A stretch of 61,764 nucleotides of DNA, filler included, from Nitrospinota bacterium (lineage in GTDB: Bacteria; JAUXIQ01): NCBI GenBank assembly GCA_030620925.1. It is 8 parts of 8 records of this genome, joined end to end, with 100 filler letters (N's around TTAATTAATTAA, not from the genome) between each part and the next. Parts side by side here need not be neighbours in the genome. Positions count along the whole stretch, not along the records: positions 58,801 to 61,764 come from JAUXIQ010000379.1; 7 more parts are not named here. One strand, 5' to 3'. The notes beneath the pieces were generated by a model. It did not search any database. It had not been told where the DNA came from and saw only the letters and a program-made list of their open reading frames with translations. The position numbers and the translations under genes are program-made. This document shows, piece by piece, positions 60,206 through 61,764 of the stretch (the stretch's first letter is position 1; each line of letters starts with the position of its first letter).

Positions 60206-60700
60206 TCATCTGTGGCATGTGAAGCAGTCGATGCTGGCTTCGCGCTTCTTGTGGCATTTCAGACACCAGCCCATCTTGAGCGAGGAGAACTGCTCTATCT
60301 CAGCCATGGTCTCCACCGGGCCGTGGCACTCCTGGCACTTGACCTCCCCCAGCACGTGCCTCCGGTGGTTGAACTGCACGTGATCGGGCAGTAGATATAT
60401 GCGCACCCAGGGGATCGATTCCCCGTCGTTCCAGTATTGTTGAAGCTTCTTGATCTCCGGTTTGTCGATAGCGACTATTTTATGACACCCCATGCACTTC
60501 CTGACCGAGGGCACCCCGGCCACGGTGGACCTTCTGGCGTAGCCGTGACAGTAGAGACAGGGCACCTCATAATCACCGGCGTGTACCTTATGGCTGAAAA
60601 GGATGGGCTGTTGTGGAGCCTCGGCCAGGCTATATGCACCCGGCCATAACATAACCAGAGTTAAATACAAAATCGTTTGAATTTTCAAGGGTTTTCTCAT
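60206..60700 (-). CDS. Pentahaem cytochrome c, QrcA/ActA-like
   Basis: QPILFSHKVH; CLYCH, CMGCH, CQECH, CLKCH, CFTCH; LPDHVQFNH; MGWC. Confidence 0.92.
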   Translation of the reverse strand: MRKPLKIQTILYLTLVMLWPGAYSLAEAPQQPILFSHKVHAGDYEVPCLYCHGYARRSTVAGVPSVRKCMGCHKIVAIDKPEIKKLQQYWNDGESIPWVRIYLLPDHVQFNHRRHVLGEVKCQECHGPVETMAEIEQFSSLKMGWCLKCHKKREASIDCFTCHR

Positions 60701-61136
60701 GTTAAATCTACGGACGCAATCTAAACGTTATATATTAGACGTCTGTTATCCTATATTCCCCAAAAAACAAGCTCGTTTTAATTTTCTATATTAAAAACTT
60801 TACTTTTGTCAAGGCATTTTTTCTATTTTTTTTAAAAACCCTTATAACCTATTGTTCCAAAAGATTATCTTTATTCCCACAATACGAGAAATTAAATTAT
60901 ATTATTTTTGGCCCGTTTTACTGGCCATTTTTTCAGGCGTGCTCATAAATAATCCTCAATAATCCTCGGTCCGAGTTAATTTCCTTATAAATCGGTGAAA
61001 ATTATATATGCTGCAAACACCTTTATAATAATAAACCACTCCAAAGCCCTCCTCCATCTAATATCTTTTAACGCCGCTCATCCTTTTGATTCTGCGGGTG
61101 AACGTAAGACATATCCTGCCAATTGAAAGTACTTCA

Positions 61137-61164
61137 TTGACTACCATCAACAATGTGCTATAGT
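61137..61164 (+). promoter_or_regulatory. Putative sigma70 promoter
   Basis: TTGACT-N16-TATAGT with extended -10 TG. Confidence 0.45.
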
Positions 61165-61233
61165 GAGCGAAAATACTAATCAATCGTTTTACGCCATTGA
61201 TGTTTTAGTCGAGACTACGAAAAGGAGAGAGCC

Positions 61234-61764
61234 ATGGCGCCCCTCGAGGCAATAAACGACATCGCAGACACCATCTATAATCCTGCCGCGCGACAGTGGA
61301 AAGAGAAGGGGGGGAAGATCACCGGGTATTTCTGTTCCTACGTGCCTGAAGAAGTTCTGCACGCGGCGGGAACGCTCCCTTACCGGCTGAGGCCCATAGG
61401 CTGCAAGTCTACGGCCGAAGCTGACGCACTCATGTCCCCCTATAACTGCACTTTCGTCAAAAGCTGCCTGGAGTATGCTTTGAAGGGAGAATACGAGTTC
61501 CTTGACGGGCTAATTTCGTTGAACAGTTGCGACCATATCCGCAGGCTTTACGATATCTGGAAAGAAAAGGTGGGCTGTGACTACATGCATTTCTTAAGCG
61601 TGCCGCACAAGATCAATGAAGACGCCGTGCAGTGGTTCGCCGAGGAAATAGCCACCTTTTGCGACAGCCTCAAAAGTTCTTTCGATACAGAGATCACTGA
61701 AGAGAAGCTGAAGGATTCCATCGATGTCTATAACGAAAGCCGGGCGCTTCTCCAGGAACTGTAC
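61234..61764 (+). CDS. 2-hydroxyacyl-CoA dehydratase / benzoyl-CoA reductase subunit family (runs off window; not in ORF track)
   Basis: AGGAG RBS; WKEKGGKITGYFCSYVPEEVLHAAG...NCTFVKSC...NSCDHIRRLYD. Confidence 0.9.
   Translation, partial: MAPLEAINDIADTIYNPAARQWKEKGGKITGYFCSYVPEEVLHAAGTLPYRLRPIGCKSTAEADALMSPYNCTFVKSCLEYALKGEYEFLDGLISLNSCDHIRRLYDIWKEKVGCDYMHFLSVPHKINEDAVQWFAEEIATFCDSLKSSFDTEITEEKLKDSIDVYNESRALLQELY

Overview
The window is a concatenation of 8 short contigs of a bacterial (meta)genome, joined by artificial 100-nt N/TTAATTAATTAA linkers, so genes on different contigs are not real neighbours. Gene content suggests a selenocysteine-using, probably anaerobic organism (inference). 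Contig 1 (1-4658): atpB/atpE, a ~970-nt non-coding region with a complete sigma54 promoter architecture pointing into highly structured non-coding DNA, and a Rieske/split cytochrome b/pentahaem cytochrome c cluster. Contig 2 (4759-9356): ggt, a UGA-interrupted TlpA-like selenoprotein, a nitronate monooxygenase-family gene and TatD. Contig 3 (9457-33910): the virion and lysis module of a contractile-tailed phage with a lambda-type head, a Mu-type baseplate, a beta-helix tailspike and a holin-TIGR02594 fusion. Contig 4: PocR sensor, response regulator, ferritin-like protein, REP cluster, ychF, hppA. Contig 5: enolase-superfamily, NIPSNAP, MFS and Thr/Ser dehydratase genes. Contig 6: VWA, PfpI, apt, hicB plus a broken hicA, tRNA-Pro, pcm, surE, then the att boundary of an island in tRNA-Pro(GGG) with a nested inverted-repeat element and secreted cargo. 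Contig 7: NarI-like and TusA-like genes divergent from a CsoR-family/cupin/CcdA/Sec-HMA/HMA operon. Contig 8: Qrc/ACIII-like genes and a 2-hydroxyacyl-CoA dehydratase. The strongest novelty candidates are the sigma54-driven structured ncRNA, the exported selenocysteine HMA protein with its CcdA operon, and the holin-lysin fusion. All calls come from reading the sequence; no searches were run.
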